A DNA stretch of 62,929 nt, filler included, from Perkinsus marinus ATCC 50983 (Eukaryota): assembly GCF_000006405.1 (NCBI RefSeq). It is 31 parts of 31 records of this genome, joined end to end, with 100 filler letters (N's around TTAATTAATTAA, not from the genome) between each part and the next. Parts side by side here need not be neighbours in the genome. Positions count along the whole stretch, not along the records: positions 48,320 to 52,252 come from NW_003209096.1; positions 52,353 to 53,416 come from NW_003210122.1; positions 53,517 to 55,251 come from NW_003210387.1; positions 55,352 to 56,582 come from NW_003209684.1; positions 56,683 to 57,703 come from NW_003204290.1; positions 57,804 to 58,864 come from NW_003203698.1; positions 58,965 to 60,110 come from NW_003209744.1; positions 60,211 to 61,768 come from NW_003202244.1; 23 more parts are not named here. One strand, written 5' to 3'. The translations under genes and the position numbers were made by a program. Positions 51,991 to 62,929 of the stretch are shown here, piece after piece; the first letter of the stretch is position 1, and each line of letters opens with the position of its first letter. The notes below the pieces were generated by a model, which worked only from the letters and a program-made list of their open reading frames with translations, was not told the origin of the DNA and did no database searches.

Positions 51991-52359
51991 AATGGTTTCG
52001 AGGAGTTTCAACCGTTTTACGTGAAGTGAAAAACGCGATATTCTCGGTGATATGCAGTAGTCATGAAATATGTTTTTCGCTAGGGTTTTTCATGTCACTA
52101 GGGTGAAACTCCAGTGTGGTAAAATGTGCACAGGACCAACTACGTGTGTTGGTGATAATAGGAATTCTGATAAAATTTTGGGAAATTCTTGTTGGTTTCT
52201 GTGTACAATCAGTGATGGAACTGCTAAGCTCCATATTTTCGAATTATATGAANNNNNNNNNNNNNNNNNNNNNNNNNNNNNNNNNNNNNNNNNNNNTTAA
52301 TTAATTAANNNNNNNNNNNNNNNNNNNNNNNNNNNNNNNNNNNNNNNNNNNNCCAGCAA

Positions 52360-53416
52360 CTAGCTGTTTGGCTCGGCGTAGGGTGATTTAGACTGATCAG
52401 TGCCATCAGTACTAGCAGGCATGGTCACAAGGTCACCGTTGGTATCCTGATAGACTCTAGTACCCTTTTCATAGTGGTCATAGATGAGAGATTGTAAGGC
52501 TCTAGCCGGTACCAAGTTCTTGAGAGAAGCATAGACCAGCTTAGAATGCTCCGGACCATTCTCTATAGAGTTACCGTCGTCCGAAACACGTAGTTTCCCA
52601 CCGTAATCATTCGGTAGGAGTATACCTTCGAACAGATATGCCATAGCAGTGCCAGCAAGTCGAACGACAGTTAGAGGACCTCTCCATGTAGAACTCAGGT
52701 GTCGACCAATAGCAGAGTCACTTGTCTCGCTAATATAAACCAAGTCGTAGAGTTCCAGCCTATAGTCTTGTGGAGATTCCCTAATAGAACGCTCACGTAG
52801 ATCTGCTTGCTTTTGTTGCCAGGCATCGACGTATTCCTGGACAGTAATCTTGATCTTCTCTTGTTGATCAGCTAGAGTTGGTAGTAGAGACCTTACATAG
52901 GGCAAATAGTCAACGTTCAGATACTTGACCTCGAGTTTGTCCCAATCGATAGATGGGAAGTCGAGAGGTAGATCACCAGGTAGTCTCTGACGATAACTGT
53001 AATGTAGAGAACTAGGGCTGAGACTTGACCAATAACGAGGTGTGCTATTATAAGAGCGGACCGCCAGTAGATAACTGAAAATATAGTCATCAGGGGTAGC
53101 ACTAGATGCCTCGATAGCCCTGGAAGTCTGAGCTAGATCTCGATGGGATCGTTCCCAGAAAGTCAAGTGTTGGCTATAACCAGGTAGAGTATACTGTCTC
53201 ACACCATGTTTAGCCAAGATAGACCGTACCGCTCTTGTCATTAGAGTGTGAAGACCTCGATCACTAACAACTACCGCTGGAGAGCCATGTTCACAGAATA
53301 TGGAGTGAAGAGTAGTCGCTATGGTACCAGCCTTAGAATTACGCATTGGTCTAGCTACGATGTAGCCACTGAGCGCGTCCTGACATACTAGAACATAGTA
53401 ATCTTTGGCTGGGTCA
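52360..53416 (-). mobile_element. Ty3/gypsy integrase core (DDE) and C-terminal region
   Basis: YVLVCQDALSGY, IFCEHGSPAVVVSDRG, WERSHRDL, YNSTP, LSSTWRGPLTVV (GPY/F-like). Confidence 0.88.
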
Positions 53417-54199
53417 NNNNNNNNNNNNNNNNNNNNNNNNNNNNNNNNNNNNNNNNNNNNTTAATTAATTAANNNNNNNNNNNNNNNNNNNNNNNNNNNN
53501 NNNNNNNNNNNNNNNNTGTCCAAATCGACACTAGTAGCCGATGTGTCGTGAAAGAAGAATGCTTTATGAGCGTTGGCCTGGTTTAGCTACGGGAAAATCG
53601 ACCAATTCACGTGTGCAGGCCAACGTGCACACAACCTTGTGCGTCACCTTCATGCACAAATCACAGCAACCTGACGATGTGGTCATCCTTCCCAGATGAC
53701 TCAGCGAAAGCAAATTGATTTGAGACAGAAATAGCTGATGATAATATCAGATAACAATGCCCTCTATGGATGTAATAAAACATACATAAAGAGCATGAGG
53801 AGACATTGTCTCCGAGACAGTGATGTACACGATACTCGTGACACGATGCAGCGAGGCTAGCAAAATAGGAAATCTAAGGCCCGAACACTTAGGGTCGCAG
53901 ATCATACACACAGTGTGTCACACACGTTGGAACTCGAGACAATGTCTTTATTCTAGACTCTAGTTGAGGCTCATCTGATGAGCAGTTGGATCAATAGCAA
54001 TATTTGTGGCAATGAATGGAGCTGAACAGTGAAAACCGTGTTATAGTAATCAACACGTAGCAGTACTTTGGTGCTAGTGTAAGATGACCACTGCCTGACA
54101 CGTAATAGAGTGACCTTCCTCAGGTCAGTTTAGTAACAGTGTCCATAAGTTTGACCTCCCGGTGAACCCGCGCATCTGGATGATCGGATCATCATGATC

Positions 54200-54907
54200 C
54201 TAAACATGGAAGATGAGTCCGATAAAGACGTGCCAGGTGAACAAGGAGATACTGACAGTTTCCATTTCCGCCGAGATGGTTGCATTCATCCCCGAGTCGT
54301 TGAGTGTCCCGCCGCTACTGAAAGATCTGAGAGCCGTACTAATATCGAAGTTATTTCCAGCGTACATGTAATCCGGCACAGCGTAATCCCGCGTGGTAGG
54401 AGGCTCATTGGGATCTCGAGACCCAGCTTTCCGTTCACGCTGATATCCGATATATACGCGTGAATCTTCGGGAAGTGTCTGATTCCATCCCTCCTTTCGT
54501 GCATGCTGTGACACTGAGGGCCCCTTATATATAGTAGCACATCCACCCGTCGTCGATGCCATAGCGATAGCATTCCCCTGGCTCAGCTGAGTTCGCATGC
54601 CCACCTTAACCGACTTGGCTTTGACACTCAAGTCGAATATATTCAGGTCAATGTTTAGGCCCAGTACATCGCCAGAAGTGTAGGTGCCACTCACATAAAA
54701 ATCCTGAGCGATAATCCTTGCCTTGGGAGAGCAGCTCTCGGTTGCTGTAAACGTGGCTGAGCTCGCTAGAGTCCCCGCAGGCTTGGATAGGTTAATCGTT
54801 AGGAATTCGGTCTCATCGGAAATATCCCCAAAGTATTGCAGCCCAAGATAAGATTCACACTGGGTTAAGCAAAGTACAAAGAGAATTAGGAAATACATTA
54901 TTAGCAT
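54200..54907 (-). CDS. Hypothetical secreted or surface protein, 235 aa
   Basis: Signal-like MYFLILFVLCLTQCES and a hydrophobic C-terminal tail. Confidence 0.55.
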   Translation of the reverse strand: MLIMYFLILFVLCLTQCESYLGLQYFGDISDETEFLTINLSKPAGTLASSATFTATESCSPKARIIAQDFYVSGTYTSGDVLGLNIDLNIFDLSVKAKSVKVGMRTQLSQGNAIAMASTTGGCATIYKGPSVSQHARKEGWNQTLPEDSRVYIGYQRERKAGSRDPNEPPTTRDYAVPDYMYAGNNFDISTALRSFSSGGTLNDSGMNATISAEMETVSISLFTWHVFIGLIFHV

Positions 54908-56341
54908 CTTTCTAACTCCGAAGTTGAATCGACAAGTGCATATTTGCAGGAGATCTCCAGCGTTTCTCGACCAACCCTATGCATGGGTATTGGACGTGCG
55001 TGCTGGGCGATGAGATTATCGCGCACAATGGAGGGTTCGATCCATCGATTTCAGGCTCTGAAATTCAGAGCTGCATCTTGGGAGAAGAGAGATTCGTCCG
55101 ACATCATATGAGCCTCGAAAGGAGCGGCTGCTTAGGAGCCAAACCCCGCCGATGGGTCCGCTAAAGATATGCGTGTGAGTTACATATTGAGTGCGAAGAG
55201 AATCACGAAGCGCATTGGCAACTCCCTGCAGCACAAAATGGCCACGTAGCGNNNNNNNNNNNNNNNNNNNNNNNNNNNNNNNNNNNNNNNNNNNNTTAAT
55301 TAATTAANNNNNNNNNNNNNNNNNNNNNNNNNNNNNNNNNNNNNNNNNNNNAGTACCTGTAACGGTCATATTTCCCGTGTTGAGACGTGTTGGTAGTACC
55401 TGCTTGCGGTGGTTATACGTAGAATTATGTTGGCTATTCGTAGTAATTCAGAACTCCTTGTGTTGAAAGTGAGGAAATCGGTATGATCTCTGTACTTGGT
55501 ACAGCCTGTTGATACGCATATGGAGACGGAGCTATGATAGGCTACATGTAGAATCATGTTCCGCAGCTTATCAGAGACGTGAGTGTCAAGCAATGAGCGT
55601 ACTCAATCGTGCTCACTCAAAACTCAACAGCACACGAAAAAGTCAGGTTACGGAATCATGAGCCTCGATCTGTCACTTCAATCATCTATTGATTCTGATT
55701 ACTGATCTTCAATTACGATGCACGATTCAGATCGACAGTGAACAGTCTTTCATAATTCGGGCAACACAACGAAGATTGTGTATGTATACACACCGAATCT
55801 TATGTACTGAAGCAGAGAATGAAGATAGACGGAGAGCGTACTTAACCGGTTCCATTCTTTTCGGTGGAGGATTCTCTTGCTATTGTTACGAAAATTCCGA
55901 CCGTTTGCTCATCTAATTCGATTCAATTCTTACCCCATATACTTCCCACCGCAGATACTATGAACATTTGAACGAAATAAGTGTATTGAACCGACGGCAA
56001 CTAACAGACAAACGCACTCCATTATCTGAAAGCAACAGCAGATCGAAAGTACTTTCGAGATTCTCTACAGTTGATCCTCACCAGTTATCGTCAACACAAC
56101 GCAAATAATCTAAGAAAAAGAGATCATAGTTATCAACTTTGTGAGAATCGGAAAGCAAGTTACATAGAATTACATTGTGCGCACAAAGAGCAGCAGAGGA
56201 TAGTTGGAACGTGGTGACCAACAAAATGAACCTACATAGCTCTGTAAAGCTACAGCGTAAGACAGAAGAGATGAAACAGCAACTTACAACAATAGCAATC
56301 ATGAAACATCCGAAAAATATTAAAATGAAACATACCACACA

Positions 56342-56581
56342 TTATACATCGACCTCGACCTTATTCTTCTCGACATTCTCAAGCTCAGCTTCCAACTTCC
56401 TAGCCGCGTTCTTGGCGGCGACCCTGTTGAAGTACGGAATCATCGACACCGCAGCGACTGCACCGAATATACACAATGCTATCAATACCATATAGTAGAA
56501 GTCGTAGTGTGCACCACTGACAGCATCCTCAGTTGGATTCTCAACATCGAAATTGGGAAGCCAATCAGAGCATAGTTGGAA
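56342..56581 (-). CDS. POT/PTR peptide transporter C-terminal fragment (not in the ORF track)
   Basis: Manual translation FQLCSDWLPNFDVENPTEDAVSGAHYDFYYMVLIALCIFG..KVEVDV*; W..N...HxDxFY before the last TM helix is typical of PTR2. Confidence 0.7.
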   Translation of the reverse strand, partial: FQLCSDWLPNFDVENPTEDAVSGAHYDFYYMVLIALCIFGAVAAVSMIPYFNRVAAKNAARKLEAELENVEKNKVEVDV

Positions 56582-56682
56582 ANNNNNNNNNNNNNNNNNN
56601 NNNNNNNNNNNNNNNNNNNNNNNNNNTTAATTAATTAANNNNNNNNNNNNNNNNNNNNNNNNNNNNNNNNNNNNNNNNNNNN

Positions 56683-57246
56683 GTTTTCACCGAGTTTTAC
56701 GACGCCACTTCACGTAAAACGGGTGAAACTCCAATATTGAAGTTTCACCCTAGTGATATGAAAAATATATTTCACAATTCACTCCGCGGAAAATAATTAT
56801 GTTATCGGCGGTCGCGGAAAAACATATTTACGCCACTTCACGTTAAACGGGTCGTCGTGAAACTGTAATTATATGATTATGTTAACTATCTATATATGTA
56901 GGTTATAACAATATTGGAGTTTCACCCGTTTTACGCGAAATTCACTGCTCACATGCGTTTTTCGCGAAGTGAAATGTGTTTTTCACATCACTAGGGTGAA
57001 ACTCCAATATTATAATAATATTTAGTGATATATATTGAGTTATAATAATATTTTATTTATAACTATGTATATCTATATTCACATATTTCATATTTAAAAC
57101 GCAAGTGAGCAGTGAATAACGCGTAAAACACTTTGTATGTGTTTTTTACGTGATTTCTCCGGTGTAATTCGCCACTTCATATCGCGCTTTTCACATGGAG
57201 TATTACGCCACTTCACGTAGTAAAACGGATAGTCGTGAAACTCTAA
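56683..57246. repeat. Cluster of about 4 family-B miniature inverted-repeat elements
   Basis: TTGGAGTTTCACCC...GGGTGAAACTCCAA termini, e.g. 56914-57007; other copies at 14178-14306, 26910-27038, 51633-51768, 52002-52116. Confidence 0.85.
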
Positions 57247-57530
57247 TGATTTTATATGTATAAAATCCCGATTTGGAAGAATACGGAAAATATTCAATAA
57301 ATTTCTGCGGATTTTTTCTGGTGGGCTGACAATACAGATTTTAATTCATCGGTAGATGGATGAGATTCTTAAATGGCCATTTTTGGGCCTAATTTGAATC
57401 TTTGCTGAGGGGCACGAAAAGAATCTTTCTTCAGAATCCAAGCAAGAAGAGATCAAATTGGAAGTTCACAAGGAGACTGTCGAACCGGCGGATATCAAAT
57501 CGTTGGCTGGTAAGGGATCGATGGAATTTA

Positions 57531-57703
57531 ATTTTGTGGCGCGTGACGTTTTTCATCAATTTTATGATATAATTTTGTGGCGCGTGACGTTTTTCATCGA
57601 TTTTATGATATTATTTTGTGGCGCGTGACGTTTTTCACCGCTTTTATGATTTAATTTTGTGGCGCGTGACAATTTTTATCCAATTTAGTTTTTGTTACGC
57701 GTG
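57531..57703 (+). repeat. 41-bp tandem repeat (about 4 copies) built on ATTTTGTGGCGCGTGACG
   Basis: Units start at 57531, 57572, 57613, 57654, downstream of a GTAAG donor. Confidence 0.9.
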
Positions 57704-58964
57704 NNNNNNNNNNNNNNNNNNNNNNNNNNNNNNNNNNNNNNNNNNNNTTAATTAATTAANNNNNNNNNNNNNNNNNNNNNNNNNNNNNNNNNNNNNNNNN
57801 NNNATATTGGTGATTAGCTTATCTCGTGAAATCACAAAGAGCTACAGATCATGTATCCCAACAATAGCTTCGTTTGGATAAGCTCCGAGTATCGAGCCCA
57901 AATACAATAACACCGCACTCAACTAAACAACAAAGGTTATCGTCACCATTATCGTGAGGGCAAGTGGAAACAACTGAGGTGCAACTGTTTGAGCATGTTG
58001 CGAGCTTAGTTGTGGGGACATTACAGGGAGAGAGACTTCGAAGGATCTATGATAGATCTCCATTAGCGATTGAGTACAGAAGAATCTGGCAGTGCCCTAA
58101 TCCCTCATGATGAGGGTCATATCAGCGTGTAGCGATGGTGCCGCGATTCGCGGCCCGCGAGGCTCACGTCATGGAATTAACGGTTTCCCCTTCGGCACGC
58201 GTGCACAGCGATCGGCTACTAAGCTGAGTCATGCAATCGCACATGAGATTCGATAGTTAGAACCTATCTGTTGGATAGCTAATTCGCACTATGAGAACCC
58301 TTCTGAAACTCCCGTCGTTATGATAACTATATTCGTTATCATGTAGTAAAACCAAAGGCAAAGCTGAGCTCAGCAAGCTCAAGAATTGTTCTCGAAACGT
58401 GCAAGGTTTTCACGGCTGATCGTTGTTGGAACGGCCTCAACCGATAATACATCTGTCCCCAGATTCCAGAACAAATCTTCCTCGCATCTCATGTGTTCCT
58501 CAGCTTCATATGTAGCTAGATCCGTGCATATTTCCTCACACTGGCAGAAAAGAAGTCAGGTAAGAGCGAGTTAACGGGTAGAGACTAGTAGTGGACTCAT
58601 ACCTCCGACAATAACAAGTAGTTCGACTCCTACTTGTACATACGTGGGCGTACTACGTGAGCAGTACGTAGCGTAGCGTAGCGTACACAGTAGAGCATAC
58701 TCGTCAACAATAACGCTGCACTTCTCTATCGCATAGCGACCCTTATACTTCTGCGAGTGTAACTGTACATATTCATCGTGATGATCTGTTAGCTTTCGGC
58801 TCTGCTATTCGTCTCCCTTTCATATGAGCAATTCTCTCTTATTCGTCGGGCTGTGCTCCTTGATNNNNNNNNNNNNNNNNNNNNNNNNNNNNNNNNNNNN
58901 NNNNNNNNTTAATTAATTAANNNNNNNNNNNNNNNNNNNNNNNNNNNNNNNNNNNNNNNNNNNN

Positions 58965-59175
58965 GCATCAGCATTAACATCGGCACTAGCATCAGCATCA
59001 GCATTAACAACCAACGAACAACAACAGACAAATAACGACAAACGAGCAACAACAGACGAACAACAACAAACGAACAACAACAAACGAACAACAACAGACG
59101 AACAACAGCGAAAGAACAGCAACAAACGAACAACAACAAAACCAACAACGACGACGACAACGGCACCATCACCAA

Positions 59176-59208
<33 letters not shown>

Positions 59209-59340
59209 GAGCAGACGAACAACGACAGACGAACAACAACAAACGAACAACAACAAACGGGCAACAACAGACGAACAACAGCGAAAGAACGACAACAGAC
59301 GAACAACGACAGACGAAGAACAGCGAAAAAACAACAGCAC
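58965..59340 (+). repeat. Degenerate (CAA)n / ACGAACAACAACA low-complexity repeat
   Basis: Direct reading; gives spurious hydrophobic ORFs on the minus strand. Confidence 0.9.
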
Positions 59341-59699
59341 GGCGTGATGGATTCACGTATTCACCAGAAGTTTCATCCTCTTTGAATTCCAATCCTAATC
59401 TTATACAGTCCCTTACCATCTAGTTAGACTCAACACCGTGCATCACGAAAAACCCATATCGCATGGTTTAGAGTTACATGACTTCAGCATGGATCCACAA
59501 CAGCAGACAATGGCAATGATAATGGCAGGACTAAGAAGAATCGACGATAGTATTGGGCGCGCGCGAAAACACCGGGACGCTCGAGTTCCCAAGCATTGTG
59601 TGCGACCGAGTCGGTCGGACCGACGACCCGTGCGGTACGAGAGGCTGTACAGAATCCATCCTTCCTCTGCAGCTCTCCATACTATTAAATCTCTGCTCA

Positions 59700-60110
59700 A
59701 TGCCTACTTCACCGCTAGACGAAGAACAAGCCCGTGCTATGGATTATATACTTCAACGTATAGGAAACCATGAGACAGAGCCGGTATACTTCTTCGTCAC
59801 TGGGTACCCTGGAGTTGGCAAGACAAAGTTGGCGACCGCGCTGATCAACGCTTTACAACCACAGAAGGAGGTCATTGCATTAGCCTGGAACGCCTTGTCG
59901 GCAAGAACGGTCGGGGGTCAAACGGTGATGGAATTCTTCAGCCTCCCGTATGACCAGTCCGGAATAGTCGCTGATAATGCATACATGCGATCCGAGAGGG
60001 CGCTCACGGATAAGATGATGAATTGCCTGAAAACGGAATGCGCCAGATGATCGCATCCGCAACGTGGTTCTACTCATCGATGAGATTCCGCTATACATAG
60101 TACAGTTTTT
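59700..60110 (+). CDS. PIF1-family SF1B helicase fragment with a frameshift
   Basis: LDEEQARA..FFVTGYPGVGKT..ALAWNALSARTVGGQTVMEFF; Walker B LLIDE lies in another frame after about 60030-60050. Confidence 0.8.
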
Positions 60111-60210
60111 NNNNNNNNNNNNNNNNNNNNNNNNNNNNNNNNNNNNNNNNNNNNTTAATTAATTAANNNNNNNNNNNNNNNNNNNNNNNNNNNNNNNNNN
60201 NNNNNNNNNN

Positions 60211-60943
60211 CACTGTGGACGGCCTCAGTTCGGGTAATGTGGTCATGTTCAAGATTTCTGCCAATAACAGTGCCGGAGAGAGTCCCTCTAGCAAGCCATA
60301 TACTATGACTACGGATGAACCCAATGCTTCGACACCCGATAAGGTATCATCGATTCGTAGGGTTAATATAGAGGATTCTTTTTAGGTCACTGATTTGACT
60401 GACACTGGTAGCACTTCCAACTCTGTAGCGTTGAACTGGACAGCCCCTGCTGACAACGGTGCTATGATATTGAGGTATATCATCAGTGAGGGTGATAATA
60501 CCTATACAGTTGATGGTCATGATACATCATACACTGTAACGGGGCTTAGTCGTGGTAGCGATTATACATTCTATATTGTGGCTAAGAACTCTCAAGGTGA
60601 AAGTCCAAAATCAGATGGAGTATCAACTGCGACAACTGAGAGTTGTGAAGCCGATCCTCCGAGTAATGTTATGTTACAGACGCCTTTCTCTGATGGTGTA
60701 AGTGTAAGTTGGAGTAAAGCCAATAATCCTCAATGTGATCTACCAGTAACTGCCTATCGTGTTATTGATGATGATGGTAATGAACTATGCCAAGTAGCAG
60801 CTAATGATGATGATGGTGCTCTATGGTGTGATGTTACCGGCCTACAGCCCAGTACTTCCTATAATATCAGAGTACAAGCTAAGAACTCTGCTGCTGGATG
60901 GTCTACTAAGTCTTCATCACCTGTTAAGATGTCTACTATTGCT
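60211..60943 (+). CDS. Fibronectin type III repeat protein fragment; intron 60344-60385; cut off by vector DNA
   Basis: [38 protein letters not shown] and [25 protein letters not shown]. Confidence 0.92.
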
Positions 60944-61729
60944 AGTTAAAAGAGTGATAACTTCTTCAGCTTCAAATATCACCCCAGCTTTTTTCTGCTC
61001 ATGAAGGTTAGATGCCTGCTGCTTAAGTAATTCCTCTTTATCTGTAAAGGCTTTTTGAAGTGCATCACCTGACCGGGCAGATAGTTCACCGGGGTGAGAA
61101 AAAAGAGCAACAACTGATTTAGGCAATTTGGCGGTGTTGATACAGCGGGTAATAATCTTACGTGAAATATTTTCCGCATCAGCCAGCGCAGAAATATTTC
61201 CAGCAAATTCATTCTGCAATCGGCTTGCATAACGCTGACCACGTTCATAAGCACTTGTTGGGCGATAATCGTTACCCAATCTGGATAATGCAGCCATCTG
61301 CTCATCATCCAGCTCGCCAACCAGAACACGATAATCACTTTCGGTAAGTGCAGCAGCTTTACGACGGCGACTCCCATCGGCAATTTCTATGACACCAGAT
61401 ACTCTTCGACCGAACGCCGGTGTCTGTTGACCAGTCAGTAGAAAAGAAGGGATGAGATCATCCAGTGCGTCCTCAGTAAGCAGCTCCTGGTCACGTTCAT
61501 TACCTGACCATACCCGAGAGGTCTTCTCAACACTATCACCCCGGAGCACTTCAAGAGTAAACTTCACATCCCGACCACATACAGGCAAAGTAATGGCATT
61601 ACCGCGAGCCATTACTCCTACGCGCGCAATTAACGAATCCACCATCGGGGCAGCTGGTGTCGATAACGAAGTATCTTCAACCGGTTGAGTATTGAGCGTA
61701 TGTTTTGGAATAACAGGCGCACGCTTCAT
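60944..61729 (-). CDS. sopB: F-plasmid partition protein SopB (ParB), 3' truncated; fosmid/BAC vector origin
   Basis: [38 protein letters not shown]...[10 protein letters not shown] matches F SopB as I recall it; the match stops at the junction. Confidence 0.97.
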
Positions 61730-61768
61730 TATCTAATCTCCCAGCGTGGTTTAATCAGACGATCGAAA
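61729..61768 (-). CDS. sopA: 3' end of F-plasmid sopA
   Basis: [12 protein letters not shown] with TAATG overlap onto the sopB start. Confidence 0.93.
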
Positions 61769-61869
61769 NNNNNNNNNNNNNNNNNNNNNNNNNNNNNNNN
61801 NNNNNNNNNNNNTTAATTAATTAANNNNNNNNNNNNNNNNNNNNNNNNNNNNNNNNNNNNNNNNNNNNA

Positions 61870-62929
61870 TCAAGTATCAGTTGTAGAGTATCGGTAATTG
61901 TGTTTGGTGATCTGGAGCCGAGTCATAGATCCTCAGCAGTGTCTCAACTATATCATATACCCTAGTCGGAGTGCAATCCGGAATCAAGCATCACTGCTAG
62001 AGTATCGGTAATTGTGTTTGGTGATCTGGACTCGAGACATAGACCCTCAGCAGTGTCTCAACTATATCGTATACACTAATTGGGTTGGAATTCCGGAATC
62101 AAGTATCACTTGTAGAGTATCGGTAATTGTGTTTGGTGATCTGGACCCGAGCCATAGACCCTCAGCAGTGTCTCAACTATATCGTATACACTAATCGGGT
62201 TGCAATTCCGGAATCGAGTATCACTTGTAGAGTATCGGTAATTGTGCTTGGTGATCTGAAGCCAAGCCATAGACCCTCAGCAGTGTCTCAACTATATCGT
62301 ATACACTAATTGGGTTGGAATTCCGGAATCAAGTATCACTTGTAGAGTATCGGTAATTGTGTTTGGTGATCTGGACCCGAGCCATAGACCCTCAGCAGTG
62401 TCTCAACTATATCGTATACACTAATCGGGTTGCAATTCCGGAATCGAGTATCACTTGTAGAGTATCGGTAATTGTGCTTGGTGATCTGGAGCCGAGTCAT
62501 AGACCCTCAGCAGTGTCTCAACTATATCATATACACTAATCGGGTTGCAATTCCGGAATCAAGTATCACTGCTAGAGCATCGGTAATTGTGTTTGGTGAT
62601 CTGAAGCCGAGTCATAGACCCTCAGCAGTGTCTCAACTATATCATATACACTAATCGGGTTGCAATTCCGGAATCAACTATCACTTGTAGAGTATCGGTA
62701 ATTGTGTTTGGTGATCTGGACCCGAGTCATAGACCCTCAGCAGTGTCTCAACTATATCGTATACACTAATCGGGTTGCAATTCCGGAATCGAGTATCACT
62801 TGTAGAGTATCGGTAATTGTGCTTGGTGATCTGAAGCCAAGCCATAGACCCTCAGCAGTGTCTCAACTATATCGTATACACTAATTGGGTGGAATTCCGG
62901 AATCAAGTATCACTTGTAGAGTATCGGTA
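61870..62929 (+). repeat. 115-bp satellite, about 9 copies, filling the whole contig
   Basis: Unit AGAGTATCGGTAATTGTGTTTGGTGATCTGG...GGAATCAAGTATCACTTGT; ORF starts recur at multiples of 115 bp. Confidence 0.97.

Noticed and set aside
58909..59419. Cys/Val/Leu-rich membrane proteins
   Set aside because: Antisense readings of a CAA-rich low-complexity tract
60944..61768. Horizontal transfer of a plasmid partition system
   Set aside because: Apparently unaltered F sopA/sopB, a standard vector component, at a contig end and interrupting a host exon
61870..62929. CRISPR array or repeated 60-aa ORFs
   Set aside because: No unique spacers, the whole unit repeats, and there are no cas genes; the ORFs are by-products of the satellite

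Overview
This window is not one continuous locus. It is about 31 short eukaryotic shotgun contigs joined by an artificial N44-TTAATTAATTAA-N44 linker; the first 13.2 kb is a scaffold with three 100-N gaps. Dense 40-60 nt GT-AG introns, an LSU rRNA fragment and the style of the secreted proteins suggest an alveolate, most likely Perkinsus (inference). Recognisable genes or fragments: VAP, TTC1, an LLP-like protein, an SLC37-type MFS transporter, RecQ, SNF7, OSCA/TMEM63, EBP2, a Hydrolase_4 lipase, a TTLL ligase, a POT/PTR transporter, a PIF1-like helicase, an FN3 protein, and Ty3/gypsy gag, pol and integrase pieces. One contig is chimeric with E. coli F-plasmid sopA/sopB (vector). The most unusual signals are: (1) a 174-bp tRNA-Thr tandem array in which two copies carry a Ser (TGA) anticodon on a Thr body; (2) two intron-resident miniature inverted-repeat families that join through shared CAGTG/CATTG termini, one of which (like a third short motif family) seeds a tandem array; (3) antisense tRNA T-arm fragments in three introns of one gene; (4) a Mutator-like insertion with a 9-bp target-site duplication just upstream of VAP. 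No clear novel multi-gene system is demonstrable, because adjacency across linkers is meaningless. Family assignments are from motif recognition, not database searches.
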